DNA of 32,000 nucleotides from Gemmata obscuriglobus (lineage in GTDB: Bacteria; Planctomycetota; Planctomycetia; Gemmatales; Gemmataceae), in contig NZ_CP042911.1 in the NCBI RefSeq assembly GCF_008065095.1, positions 1,080,001-1,112,000 on the forward strand. The letters run 5' to 3'. Every line of letters starts with the position of its first letter. The stretch's first letter is position 1. The notes beneath the pieces are model-generated. The model did not search any database. It was not told the DNA's origin and was given only the letters and a program-made list of their open reading frames with translations. Made by a program: the position numbers and the translations under genes. Of this stretch, positions 10,353 to 19,596 are shown one piece after another.

Positions 10353-10856
10353 TCACCCTTTCGGGGTGAGCGTGCGGTACGACCCGGTGGAACCGGCCGG
10401 TGCGGCGGGCGCGAGCGTCTCGGCCGCTGTGACGGGAACGAATCCGCAGGCCTCGTACAGCGGTCGCAGACTCGCCTTGCTCGTCAGCATGACGTAGGGC
10501 ACGCCGCGCAGGAACGCCTGGTTCGCGGTCTCGAGTACCAGCGCCGACGCGACGCCTTGCCCGCGCGCCGTGGGCGCTACTACCACGTAGTCGATTTGCC
10601 AGTTGACCGGTGCGTTCACCAGCAGGAACCCGTCGGCGCGGCCGTCCGCGTCGCGGTGCAGCGCTACGAACCGCGCGCCGGCCCACACCGCCAGGAACTT
10701 GCTCCGCGTTCGGAACTGCGTACTCACCAGCTCCCAAAGCGTCTGACACGCGGGTTCGTCGGCGAGAAGCTCTTGTGCGGTGATGAAATCGATGACGTGT
10801 GTCGCGGGCCGCAGGGCCGACGGCTTACAGAAATAGTGCAATTCGGGTTCGGGCAC
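10353..10856 (-). CDS. GNAT family N-acetyltransferase
   Basis: Acetyl-CoA binding motif A, VVVAPTARGQGVASAL, followed by LYEACGF. The 167-aa length is typical. It lies 100 bp upstream of glmS on the same strand. Confidence 0.75.
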   Translation of the reverse strand: MPEPELHYFCKPSALRPATHVIDFITAQELLADEPACQTLWELVSTQFRTRSKFLAVWAGARFVALHRDADGRADGFLLVNAPVNWQIDYVVVAPTARGQGVASALVLETANQAFLRGVPYVMLTSKASLRPLYEACGFVPVTAAETLAPAAPAGSTGSYRTLTPKG

Positions 10857-11268
10857 AACACCCCTCGGTATCGCGTAGCACGTGTGATGTGGAGAAGTCC
10901 GTATTTGATAGCAGTAGTGTGTGAAGAAAATGTGAAGACGCGGAAAAGTCCTGGCGCCCGGGCCTTTCGTGATTCGGGTGCGGCCTCAGTTAATGGGCCG
11001 GCGCGACGCTTTTGACGAGCCGCACCGCAATGGCGCGGGACACGTATCTCGCTCCATTGCGGTCGCGGCTCGTTCCCGAACGTCTCAAGCACCCCCGGCC
11101 GGGTGCTCAGGCGATCGTATCGCTCAGCAGATACTGCTTCGGCTCAAGGCGGGCTATTGGAGCCGTCGCCAAGAACGGTGGCGGTTACTCTAAACGGAAA
11201 AGGGGAGTGCCCGAAGCGGGCTGCACCACCGAAGCGCCAACGCCTTCGCTCTGGCGACCTGTGCCCGC

Positions 11269-14211
11269 TTATTTGTCGCCGCTCACCAGCCACACCAAGG
11301 CGGTCCCGTTGGCGTGACCGGTTGCGATCGACTTGCCGTCCGGGCTGAACGCGGCGGCCGTCACTTGGGGGCGAGACGGGAACCGCCGAACCTCCTTCAG
11401 CGATGCGGCGTCCCACACGCACGTCGGGCCGGCCACGTGCTTCCCGTCGGGCGAGAACACCAGCCACTCGGCCGATGTCTCCGGAGTCGGCAACCGGCGT
11501 ATCACTTTGCCCGTCCTGGTCTCGACCAGGACCAAGTTGTGCGTCTGCTTCGACGCATCGAGCCGCGCTTCACCGCCGATCGAGATGGCCACCGTTTTCT
11601 CGTCCGGCGACACCGCGACGGCACGAACCAGGTTCGGGCGCGGGGCCTGTTCCGGGCGCGGGCGGCCGAGCACGTCGTGATCGGCAACGGCCCACGAGAA
11701 CCGCTCCTGGCCCGTCGTCACGTCGTAGCCGACGGCTCGCTCGTCGTTCATCAGGAATAGCGTCTTTCCGTCCGGGAACGCGGCCCACTGGAACTTTGTC
11801 ATGTCGATCGTTGGTTGATCGTTCGGCACGACTTCGCCGGCGGCGAGGTCCCAAACCTGGACGCTGCGCCCGATCCGTGATTCAACCAGGACGGCGACGT
11901 GCTTGCCGCTCGGAACCGAAATCAGCTCCTTCACCCGCCCGCCAATGCCGCCGGAATGTTTGCGTTCGCCGGTCGTAGTGTCCCACAACTCGGCCCGCCA
12001 CGGCAGGAGCGCCCCGCGCTCGTTCAGCGCGTAAGTCAGCACCCACCGGCCGTCGCGGCTCGGTACCACGGGAGCGGCCCCGCCAGCGGGCGGGAGGGAG
12101 ATGGGACTGGCGCGCCGGCTCACAAGCGCTCCGGTGCCCGCGTCCCAGGTCGCGTTCGACCCGTCGGCACCGGACACCCGGACGTTGCGACCGGTTCGGT
12201 CGAACGCGACCCCGACCACCGTGGCTGGCAGAGACGACGGGCGGCCGACCTCGGCCCCGGTTCGCGTGTCGTACAACCGGATGACGCCCCAGTACGTTCC
12301 GACGGCGAGCGTCGAGCCACCCGGGCTTACCTCAACAACCGTCGGTCCGTAAGCTCCCGCGTCCGGGCCGGCCCACCGGGCGAGTTGCTTGCCGGTGGTA
12401 ACGTCCCATTTGGTGACCACCGTGGCCCCTCCCTCCTCCGCCTGCGAGGCCACGTACAGCAAGCCGCCCGGCCCGAACGCCACGGCACCGCTTAACCCGA
12501 AACCGTCGGCCAGCATCATCACGCGCGCGGGACCGGGGACCGTTTGATCCCAGACGGCCACTTCCGTTCCGGTTCCCAACAGGTGTGAGTTGCTCACGGC
12601 GGCGACCCATCGGCCGTCCGCGGACACCGCCAACCGGCCCACACCCGAACTTGCGTTCCAAGTGAGCACCTGAGATGGCTTTCCGGTGCCCGTGTCCCAG
12701 AACCGCACGGACGGGTCATCATTCCCGGCGGTAATCAGATGCTTCCCGTCCGGAGAAAACAGGAAATTCCCGGTCGTCGCGCCGTCGAACTTGAGTTGGT
12801 GCTGAACGCGCCCCGTCTTTAAGTCCCACAGGTACGCCTCGTGCGGGTGCCCTTCCACGAGGGTGCTACCGTTCGGTGACAGAGCGAACCGTTGCCCCCC
12901 GATCCCGATGTCTTGTCCACGCGGATCGGTGCGAGACGGGACGACGAACCGCTCGGTGTGCTTCCCCGTCGCCAGGTCGTATTCGCGAACCGAGAACCGA
13001 AGCGGAGTGCGATCGACGTGCGGGGCGACAACCTTCGTCTGGTCCAGTGAGAGGAGCGTGGTACCGAACGTGGTCTTGATGTCTCGCGCCTGGTGCGGGA
13101 CCGCGGCCCCGGACTTGGCGTCCCACTGACGAACCTTTCCGCTGCCGTAGGAGAAGAGCCGGGTGCCGTCCTCGGAAAATCGCAGTTGGATGAGCGTGCC
13201 CGGATGGCTCAGCGCGCTCGAACCGAGTCGTACAGCGGCCCCTTCGGGCAGGTCGGCAGGAGCAGCCGGGACCGATGCGGCCGGTGAATGAACTGGCGGC
13301 CCGGACCAAGATCCGGTCGCGACCGCAACCGCGAGCGCGACAGCGACCACGCCGCCGCACCACCCGGCGGCTGCGCCTCGCGCGACCCACCGGAACTCGG
13401 ATCGGGCCAGGGCCGTTGCGCGGCTCCCCGGAACTGCTTCCGGACTCAAGAGCACGGCGCCCGCGTCCCCCGCAAGCGCGAGGGCCGCCAGGGCCGAGCC
13501 CAGTTCAACTCCGCGGCGCTCGAGCCGGGCTCTCAGTCGTTCGCGCCCGGCGGCGAGGCGGCGGCGCACGGTCCGAATGCTCCACCCGCACGCCCGCGCG
13601 GCCTCGTCCTGGGTAAGGCCCTCTAGGTAACAGAGGACGAGCGGCACCCGCTCGCCCTCGGGGAGCCGATCCAGTTCCTCGTCCAACATCTGGGGCAGGT
13701 CGCCGCCCATCGGCAACCGCTCCGGTGCGGCGATCCCGGCGGTCAGTGGGACCGTTTGTTCGGCTTCCCGGCGCTGGTGTACCGCCGCCCGTCGCGCGAT
13801 CCGCCGGGTGACCCCAAACAGCCATCCGGCCAGTCGGTCCGGGCGCGACAGCGCATGTGCCTTTCGCGCCAGAACAAGGAACGCCGCCTGGGCCACGTCG
13901 TCTGCGAGGTGCTGATCCTGCACGGCCCGGCGCGCAACGGCCAGAACCATTCGGCCGTGCCGCCGGGTGAGTTCGGCGAACGCGTCGCCGTCCCGGGAGA
14001 GGGCGAACCGCTCGACGAGATCAGCGTCCGAAATTTTGGACGGAAGGCCTGACGCGAGCAGGCGTCCGATGGTCGCGGGAGCAGTGCTCACAACTTCCTC
14101 CGGCGGGGGCGATGGGACTGCTTTAATACTGCTCGGCGGAGGGGCGAAGGCGCCAACAATCGCGCGCTTTTGCCATCGGCCCCGGAGCTTGCAATTCCAG
14201 ACGGCGGGCAA
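11269..14211 (-). CDS. ECF-type sigma-70 factor fused to a TM helix and a large WD40/beta-propeller domain
   Basis: Sigma region 2 is DDVAQAAFLVLARKA. Region 4 HTH is LPEGERVPLVLCYLEGLTQDEAARACGWSIRTVRRRL. A TM segment (AAAGWCGGVVAVALAVAVATG) follows. About 13-14 WD-like blades come next (VRQWD, LWDLKTG, FWDTGTG, KWDVTTG, LYDTRTG, LWDTTTG, VWDLAAG, VWDAASL). An alternative GTG start at 14091 follows GGAGGAAG. Confidence 0.85.
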   Translation of the reverse strand: MPAVWNCKLRGRWQKRAIVGAFAPPPSSIKAVPSPPPEEVVSTAPATIGRLLASGLPSKISDADLVERFALSRDGDAFAELTRRHGRMVLAVARRAVQDQHLADDVAQAAFLVLARKAHALSRPDRLAGWLFGVTRRIARRAAVHQRREAEQTVPLTAGIAAPERLPMGGDLPQMLDEELDRLPEGERVPLVLCYLEGLTQDEAARACGWSIRTVRRRLAAGRERLRARLERRGVELGSALAALALAGDAGAVLLSPEAVPGSRATALARSEFRWVARGAAAGWCGGVVAVALAVAVATGSWSGPPVHSPAASVPAAPADLPEGAAVRLGSSALSHPGTLIQLRFSEDGTRLFSYGSGKVRQWDAKSGAAVPHQARDIKTTFGTTLLSLDQTKVVAPHVDRTPLRFSVREYDLATGKHTERFVVPSRTDPRGQDIGIGGQRFALSPNGSTLVEGHPHEAYLWDLKTGRVQHQLKFDGATTGNFLFSPDGKHLITAGNDDPSVRFWDTGTGKPSQVLTWNASSGVGRLAVSADGRWVAAVSNSHLLGTGTEVAVWDQTVPGPARVMMLADGFGLSGAVAFGPGGLLYVASQAEEGGATVVTKWDVTTGKQLARWAGPDAGAYGPTVVEVSPGGSTLAVGTYWGVIRLYDTRTGAEVGRPSSLPATVVGVAFDRTGRNVRVSGADGSNATWDAGTGALVSRRASPISLPPAGGAAPVVPSRDGRWVLTYALNERGALLPWRAELWDTTTGERKHSGGIGGRVKELISVPSGKHVAVLVESRIGRSVQVWDLAAGEVVPNDQPTIDMTKFQWAAFPDGKTLFLMNDERAVGYDVTTGQERFSWAVADHDVLGRPRPEQAPRPNLVRAVAVSPDEKTVAISIGGEARLDASKQTHNLVLVETRTGKVIRRLPTPETSAEWLVFSPDGKHVAGPTCVWDAASLKEVRRFPSRPQVTAAAFSPDGKSIATGHANGTALVWLVSGDK

Positions 14212-14415
14212 ACGGAACTTCGTCTGTGTGGTGCTGGCATCGCTGTTTCGGAACCGAAAAGGCTCTGCGCCCGGGAGCCGGTCGGTGCCTCGATCCGTCG
14301 CCAGCGATTGGGCGCGTCCCGGGAAACGCCGAACGCACCCTGGTACGCGGCGTGTGCCTCCGGCCTTCCGCGACTACAATTCTCCTCCGCCCACCTCACC
14401 ACCGGAGCGTTCCCC

Positions 14416-14814
14416 ATGTTGCGTTTGTTCGCCGCCGCACTCGTCGCCTGCTGCGCCACGCTGGCTTCCGCCGAAGACAAGAAGCCGATGATCGGGCACA
14501 TGGTCTACTTCAAGCTCAAAGACAACACGCCGGAGGGCCGCAAGAAGCTCGTGACCGCCTGCGAGAAGTACCTGTCCGAGCAGCCGGGCACCGTGTTCTT
14601 CTCGGCGGGCGAGATCGGCGACGACTTCAAGCGCGACGTGAACGACCGCGACTGGGACGTAGCGCTGCACCTGGTGTTCGTCGACAAGGCCGCGCACGAC
14701 AAATACGCGGTGGATAAGGAGCACCTGAAGTTCATCGACGAAAACAAGGAGACCTGGGCGAAGGTTCGGGTCTTCGATTCGGAACTGCGTGGCTACAAGA
14801 CCGGAAAGAAGTAG
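14416..14814 (+). CDS. Dabb (stress-responsive alpha/beta barrel) family protein with signal peptide
   Basis: ATG 14416 gives MLRLFAAALVACCATLASA. The Dabb pattern follows: IGHMVYFKLKD...FFSAGE...ALHLVFVDKAAHDKY...VRVFD. Confidence 0.75.
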   Translation: MLRLFAAALVACCATLASAEDKKPMIGHMVYFKLKDNTPEGRKKLVTACEKYLSEQPGTVFFSAGEIGDDFKRDVNDRDWDVALHLVFVDKAAHDKYAVDKEHLKFIDENKETWAKVRVFDSELRGYKTGKK

Positions 14815-14983
14815 GCTCGCTCGCGCGAAACGCTTCAACGTGTCCGGGAACCGGCGGCACACCGGACCGGCCGGCACTCAGCCGCCTCGACGGAGCCGGT
14901 CGGTTCCCGGACGTGCTCAGCAGCGAGCCAACGGCGGGTGCGTTCGTGGGCGCGAACGCGATCCGCCATCGCACAACGGCCGA

Positions 14984-15868
14984 TCAAGGCAATTCGGCCG
15001 TCTCGCCGCCGGCGCGGGTGGCGAGGAGCGGCAACACGTCCTTCGCGGTGTACGGCAGGAACCGAACCGAGCCGTCGGCGAGCAGGAAGTGGGCACCGCC
15101 GGGGTGCATGGACCAGAAGTGCAACCCCGCGCACTGGTCGTCCGGGCGGCCGGGGCCGAACTCAGACGGCGCGGTCGAACAACCAGAGAAGAAGAACGAA
15201 CTCGCTCGCTCGCCGGTGCTCAGCACGGAGTCGGCGGACCCGTCCTCGTTCTGCCCCTGGCCGGCGTACCACCAACCGGAAATGCCGTCGGTACTGGGCG
15301 GGCGTTCGCCGACCATGACGGTTTGACTGGTCCCGTCGGTAATGTCGGCGAACCGGGTCTTGGAGTCCGCGTACAGGGTGCCGTCGTGGCGCGTCTGCCG
15401 GGTGCCCGACACGCCGAGGTACGAGGTGTAGGCGAAGGTGGTCCCGGAGAGCGTCCGGGGTTGTTGGGCGAGCGGGTCCGACGGGCAGACGAACGCGGGC
15501 ATGTGGACGCCGATCAGGTGCGGGGGGGACGCCCGGAAATCGTCCGGCCGGAGCCGGAACGCCTCGACGGCCGACTTCCAAACCGGTTCTTGTTCGAGGA
15601 ACGGAAGCAACCGTGTTTGCCACGTCATGTACTTGAACTGTTCGCCCGGCCCGCCGACCGTAACACCGGGGGGCAACGCGCCGTGGGCACCGTGGTAGTG
15701 GTGGTGCGCCAGGCCGATCTGGCGGAGGCGGTTGGCGCACTGCGTCTTGGCCGCCGCACCGCGTACCCGCTGGACGGCGGAGAGCGCCAGCGCGACGAGC
15801 GTCGCGAGGATCGCGATCACAACGAGCAATTCGACGAGAGAGAACGCACGCCGACATAAGGTTGTCAT
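14984..15868 (-). CDS. DUF1559 domain protein (prepilin-type N-terminal cleavage/methylation domain, H-X9-DG motif)
   Basis: N-terminus is MTTLCRRAFSLVELLVVIAILATLVALALSAVQRVRGAAAKTQCANRLRQIG. C-terminal H-X9-DG reads HPGGAHFLLADGSVRFL. This is a massively expanded planctomycete family. Confidence 0.9.
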   Translation of the reverse strand: MTTLCRRAFSLVELLVVIAILATLVALALSAVQRVRGAAAKTQCANRLRQIGLAHHHYHGAHGALPPGVTVGGPGEQFKYMTWQTRLLPFLEQEPVWKSAVEAFRLRPDDFRASPPHLIGVHMPAFVCPSDPLAQQPRTLSGTTFAYTSYLGVSGTRQTRHDGTLYADSKTRFADITDGTSQTVMVGERPPSTDGISGWWYAGQGQNEDGSADSVLSTGERASSFFFSGCSTAPSEFGPGRPDDQCAGLHFWSMHPGGAHFLLADGSVRFLPYTAKDVLPLLATRAGGETAELP

Positions 15869-16063
15869 GATTCGGATCCCCAAAGCCTTTGAGACGGGTG
15901 CGGGCGGGTTCGGTGAACGCCGGCCGCCGGGACTGTTTCGAAGTGTAACATCCGCGTCCGCCGCAGATATCTGGTGGGCCGGTCAAGGAAGGCGGACCTG
16001 ACGGATCGCGACCGGTAACGCACTTGCCAGGGGGCTCTTGCGTTCCGTGGTGTCAGAACATCC

Positions 16064-17236
16064 TCAGGACGCAGTCGGCGGGGCGGGAGCGGCCCGTCGA
16101 CTACGCCAGCGGTACACCGCCCATCCGCCCAGAAACACAACGACACCAACCGCGGCCCACGGCCACGAGCCCCACCGGGTGGGGAGGGGAATGTCCGTCG
16201 TCCCGTCGAGGCTCTTCCAGCCCTGGGAAGAGACTTCCACCCACTCGCCACCGTCGGTGATCCGATAGACCCGTCGCCCCGACGAACCTGGATGGGGCCG
16301 CGACCCCGCCGGGGCTTCCTCGCCGACGATGACCTCCTTCATCCCCGGCACTGCGGGGATCGAGAAATCCGCGTCCGTCACGTTCGGATTCGGCTCGTAC
16401 CGGTCCACTTTAATCGTCGTGAGCCGGTTTAAGTCCTTCCCATTGGCCGTGAATGCGTGCGACCAGCTCCGCGGCATCCACCCGGACACGGTTTCCCCCC
16501 ACTCGATGTCCGTCCGCGTCCACGGCTGGCCGCCGGCGAGTTGCACGGCCCGGATGACCGGCGACAGCCGTTCCGGCTTCACCCAGTACTCGTCCGAAAT
16601 CCCGGTCGTTCCCAGTTTTGGTTCCGTCCGGAATACCACGCAGGTGTTCCCGCGGAGCGTGTGGCGGCCGTGCACTACGAAGTCGTCCTCAGCCAGGGTC
16701 AGCGGCAACCGCTGGATGTAGGCGGGTTGATGGACCGTCGGCACGACACCGTGGGCGAACAGCAACGGCAAGAGCAAATCCGAAATGGGAGCGCCCGGTT
16801 CGTCCTTACGGGGCTTCTTCCCGATCAGCAGGTCGAACCCACCGATCGCCTCCGCGACATCGCGGGGGTGCCCCTGGCGCATCTCGGCCCCGTCGAACGT
16901 GACTGTGCCCGACCGCTTTTGATACCCGTTCTCGGCCGGAACGTACTCGGTGGACTCGAACCGGAAACGGCCGCCCTCAATGTCGAACAGTACCACCGCC
17001 TGGTACGGTTTGGTGCGGTCGTTCGCCGGAACAGGCGAGCTGTCCGGGGAGAGGGGCTTGAGAAATTCCGTTGTTCCGGACAGGACGTACCGGGCCGTTT
17101 TCACGGCCTTTTGCCGGGCCTGCCAGTCCGCGAACGCGGCCGTAATCGGTGCCCGGTCTTTCGCGGGCTGCGCGCCCGCGGCGCAGGGCAAGCCGCCCCA
17201 AACCAGGGCGACCATGAGCCACGAAACGCTCCGCAT
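16064..17236 (-). CDS. hypothetical exported protein with C-terminal TM anchor
   Basis: ATG 17236 gives the signal peptide MRSVSWLMVALVWGGLPCAAGA. C-terminal helix is WPWAAVGVVVFLGGWAVYRW. GC3 bias is good and no catalytic motif is seen. The N-terminal half is vaguely LolA-like, which I could not verify. Confidence 0.6.
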   Translation of the reverse strand: MRSVSWLMVALVWGGLPCAAGAQPAKDRAPITAAFADWQARQKAVKTARYVLSGTTEFLKPLSPDSSPVPANDRTKPYQAVVLFDIEGGRFRFESTEYVPAENGYQKRSGTVTFDGAEMRQGHPRDVAEAIGGFDLLIGKKPRKDEPGAPISDLLLPLLFAHGVVPTVHQPAYIQRLPLTLAEDDFVVHGRHTLRGNTCVVFRTEPKLGTTGISDEYWVKPERLSPVIRAVQLAGGQPWTRTDIEWGETVSGWMPRSWSHAFTANGKDLNRLTTIKVDRYEPNPNVTDADFSIPAVPGMKEVIVGEEAPAGSRPHPGSSGRRVYRITDGGEWVEVSSQGWKSLDGTTDIPLPTRWGSWPWAAVGVVVFLGGWAVYRWRSRRAAPAPPTAS

Positions 17237-17394
17237 GGTAATCTCCCGACGCCAGCGAGTTGAAAGAGACTTGTGTTGAGCGGCCATGCTACCGGCGTTC
17301 GACTCAGTTTGTCTAATACAAAATAGTGGTACGGGCGGGCAAGGCCGAATAGCAGATCGTGGCTGGAGAGATGACGAGAGCATACTGACTGTGG

Positions 17395-17467
17395 GCGGCG
17401 GGTGGGGGTGAAGGTGCCGGCCCTCTTCGGGGGCCTCAAACTCTACCCCCGAAGCGGCGGGTGGGGG
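17395..17467. repeat. 14-bp perfect direct repeat flanking a 9-bp-stem hairpin
   Basis: gcggcgggtggggg occurs at 17395-17408 and 17454-17467. Between them, cttcggggg (17425-17433) pairs with cccccgaag (17446-17454). The site is intergenic, between the EamA gene and the next minus-strand gene. Confidence 0.7.
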
Positions 17468-17578
17468 CGCGACACGACGTACCGTCTCGCCGCTCCCGGG
17501 GAGCGCCGCCTCAGCGAACCCCGCTGCGTTCGCGCCGACGGTAACTTGTCCGGTTGGCGCCGATGAAGTCAGATCAGT

Positions 17579-18499
17579 TCACGCGTCGTGCCGGTCCCGT
17601 GATTCGTTTGCAGAGGCCGCCCGCTTTCGAGGCCAAACGAGCAGTATCACCCCCGCCACGACGAGCGCGGCGGCCGGTCCGGTTCGTTCGGTCACCGCTT
17701 CCCCGGCAACGGCCCACCCGAGCAGCACCGCGACCACCGGGTTCACGAACGCGTACGTCCCGACGGCCGCCGGCGACGTGACCGAAAGCAGCCAGTTGTA
17801 CGCCGGCAGGGCCACCACCGCGACCGCCACCAAGTACCCCACCGCGGCGGCCGACTGCCACGACACCGCCGCCGGGTCGAGCCGACCCGCCTCGCCGGCC
17901 GCCAGCCCCAGTGCAATCATGATGGCACCGCCGGCCAGCATTTGCATGGCGGCGGTCAGGGCCGGTGAGGTGGGAAGATCGGCGTACCGGTTGAAGAGCG
18001 ACCCGACCGCCCACGCTACCGCTGCCCCGAGCAGCACAGCGGCGCCGACCGGGTCAACGCCTCCGGGGGCGGACAGGACCGCCACCCCCGTCAGCCCGAG
18101 CGCGATCCCCGCGACCTCCATCGCCCGCGGCCCGCGCCGGCCGCCGTACCCCCAGTCGAGTAACAGCAGCCACGCCGGAAGGGTCGCGATGACGAGGGCC
18201 GCGGCCCCGGACGGCACCGCCTGCTCCGCCCACGTCACCCCGCCGTTGCCCATAACGAACAGCGGGACCGCTCCGATCACGGCGTTCCGCCACTGCCGGG
18301 CCGTGGGGCGGGGCACGCCGGCGGGGCGCCCGAAAGCGTACAGCGCCGCGCCGGCGATGAGGAACCGAGACCCGGCCATCAGGAACGGCGGGAGGGTGTC
18401 GATCGCCAGCCGGATGGCGAGGTAAGTCGAGCCCCACAAGATGTAAATGGCGGCGAACGCGGCCAGCAGTTTGACCTTGGACGGCGACCCGGTTCCCAT
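17579..18499 (-). CDS. EamA/DMT family transporter
   Basis: Ten hydrophobic helices form two EamA repeats. N-terminal family pattern is AAFAAIYILWGSTYLAIRLAI. ATG at 18499 is preceded by GGGAGGGG; an in-frame GTG lies at 18502. Confidence 0.85.
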   Translation of the reverse strand: MGTGSPSKVKLLAAFAAIYILWGSTYLAIRLAIDTLPPFLMAGSRFLIAGAALYAFGRPAGVPRPTARQWRNAVIGAVPLFVMGNGGVTWAEQAVPSGAAALVIATLPAWLLLLDWGYGGRRGPRAMEVAGIALGLTGVAVLSAPGGVDPVGAAVLLGAAVAWAVGSLFNRYADLPTSPALTAAMQMLAGGAIMIALGLAAGEAGRLDPAAVSWQSAAAVGYLVAVAVVALPAYNWLLSVTSPAAVGTYAFVNPVVAVLLGWAVAGEAVTERTGPAAALVVAGVILLVWPRKRAASANESRDRHDA

Positions 18500-18706
18500 C
18501 ACCCCTCCCGCTCACGGTTCCATCAAACAGAAGGGCACCCGCCCCTGCGCCCGGCCTTTTAAGAGCCCATTCGGCCGGGCTAACGAGCGCAACACGCGTG
18601 AACGTGACGACCTGGTACGGTTCGCAACGGCCCGGGCCATCACCTTACGAAATGCTCCCACGGGGGCCACACTCGCGAACGGCGGCTCAACAACGGCGAT
18701 TACGGT

Positions 18707-19325
18707 GTGAAGTTCCCCACGAATGGTGAACAACAGGAAAGCGGTTCAGGTGATCACCGCGCAGAAGCCCTCCGTGGCCGCGGTCGCACGACGACTCGGC
18801 GTCACCGAGAACCGGCCCCACGACGGGAAGAAAGCTCGCGTCACCGAAGGCGTCGATGCGCTCCCCGGCCGCGGCCACCGCCCCCACCCCCACTCCTGAG
18901 TAGGAGAATCGCAAGCTCCGAGCCGAGGTCCGGCGCCTGGAGGTGAAGCGCGACATCCGAAAAAGCCATGGCGCTCTTCGCAGCCCAGACGAACGGACGT
19001 TCGCCGGGACCGAGGAACGCACGACCAAGTGGCCCGTCGTGCGGATGGGCGGGGTACCGCATGTGTCGCGGCACCGGGCTCGCTTTCGTCGCGGATTCTC
19101 CGCGCGGCCGCTCGGGCCGCCCGAGCGGTCCCGGACGGGGCGGCTCTCGTCCGAAGAGGTTGAGAGTGCGTACCGAACTGGTTCCGTCGCAACAACAGTT
19201 TCAGACGCATTTTGTGGCATATGTCTTGGCTCGTGCGGGAAGCGGTTCACGGTCGGCCGGGGAGCGTTATCCGGGTTTTGAGGGCGCGACCCGGTGGTAG
19301 TGGAGCACCAGCGAACGGGCAGTGA
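18707..19325 (+). pseudogene. decayed, truncated IS3-family transposase (OrfA plus the first part of OrfB)
   Basis: OrfA-like strings are split over three frames with in-frame stops. AVQVITAQKPSVAAVARRLGVTEN...DALPGRGH ends at TGA 18897. ENRKLRAEVRRLEVKRDI follows in another frame, then KKAMALFAAQT in a third. The relic slippery site gaaaaag lies at about 18959. The OrfB N-terminus EERTTKWPVVRM lies in the -1 frame relative to KKAMALF. No DDE catalytic region follows. Confidence 0.6.
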
Positions 19326-19596
19326 ATCGCCCGCAATTCGCCCGCAGGGCGGTGGCTCACGGCCCGTCGCCCGGCCCGCCCGCGGGTGCCGCTCGTGACG
19401 CGAGCGTACCCCCGTGACAGACCCGCACGGGCGGGCCGCGGTCACGTGATCCGCACGGCAACCGGTCCGGCCGTCCCTCATTAACCTGATGGCACCGCGC
19501 CCGCGGCTCGCCGACGGACCAACCGGGTTCCAGTCGGTTCAAGTTGGTGCGGCGTACCCGGGCATTGGCCTGGAGTGTGGGTCCGCTCACGACGTG

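Noticed and set aside
10941-10965. cggaaaagtcctggcgcccgggcc resembling the RNase P RNA P4 strand (GGAAAGUCCGGGC)
   Set aside because: The match is imperfect. The other universally conserved RNase P segments were not found in the right order, and the putative 3' P4 partner would overlap the end of the ECF-WD40 CDS.
14092-14211. First 40 codons of the ECF-WD40 ORF (MPAVWNCKLRGRWQ...)
   Set aside because: Not rejected outright; the feature keeps the ATG at 14211. However, GGAGGAAG followed by GTG at 14091 is a plausible true start, and the extra residues are not part of any sigma region.
19520-19550. ggttcaagt string reminiscent of a tRNA T-loop near the IS relic
   Set aside because: No complementary T-stem, acceptor stem or anticodon arm could be built on either strand.
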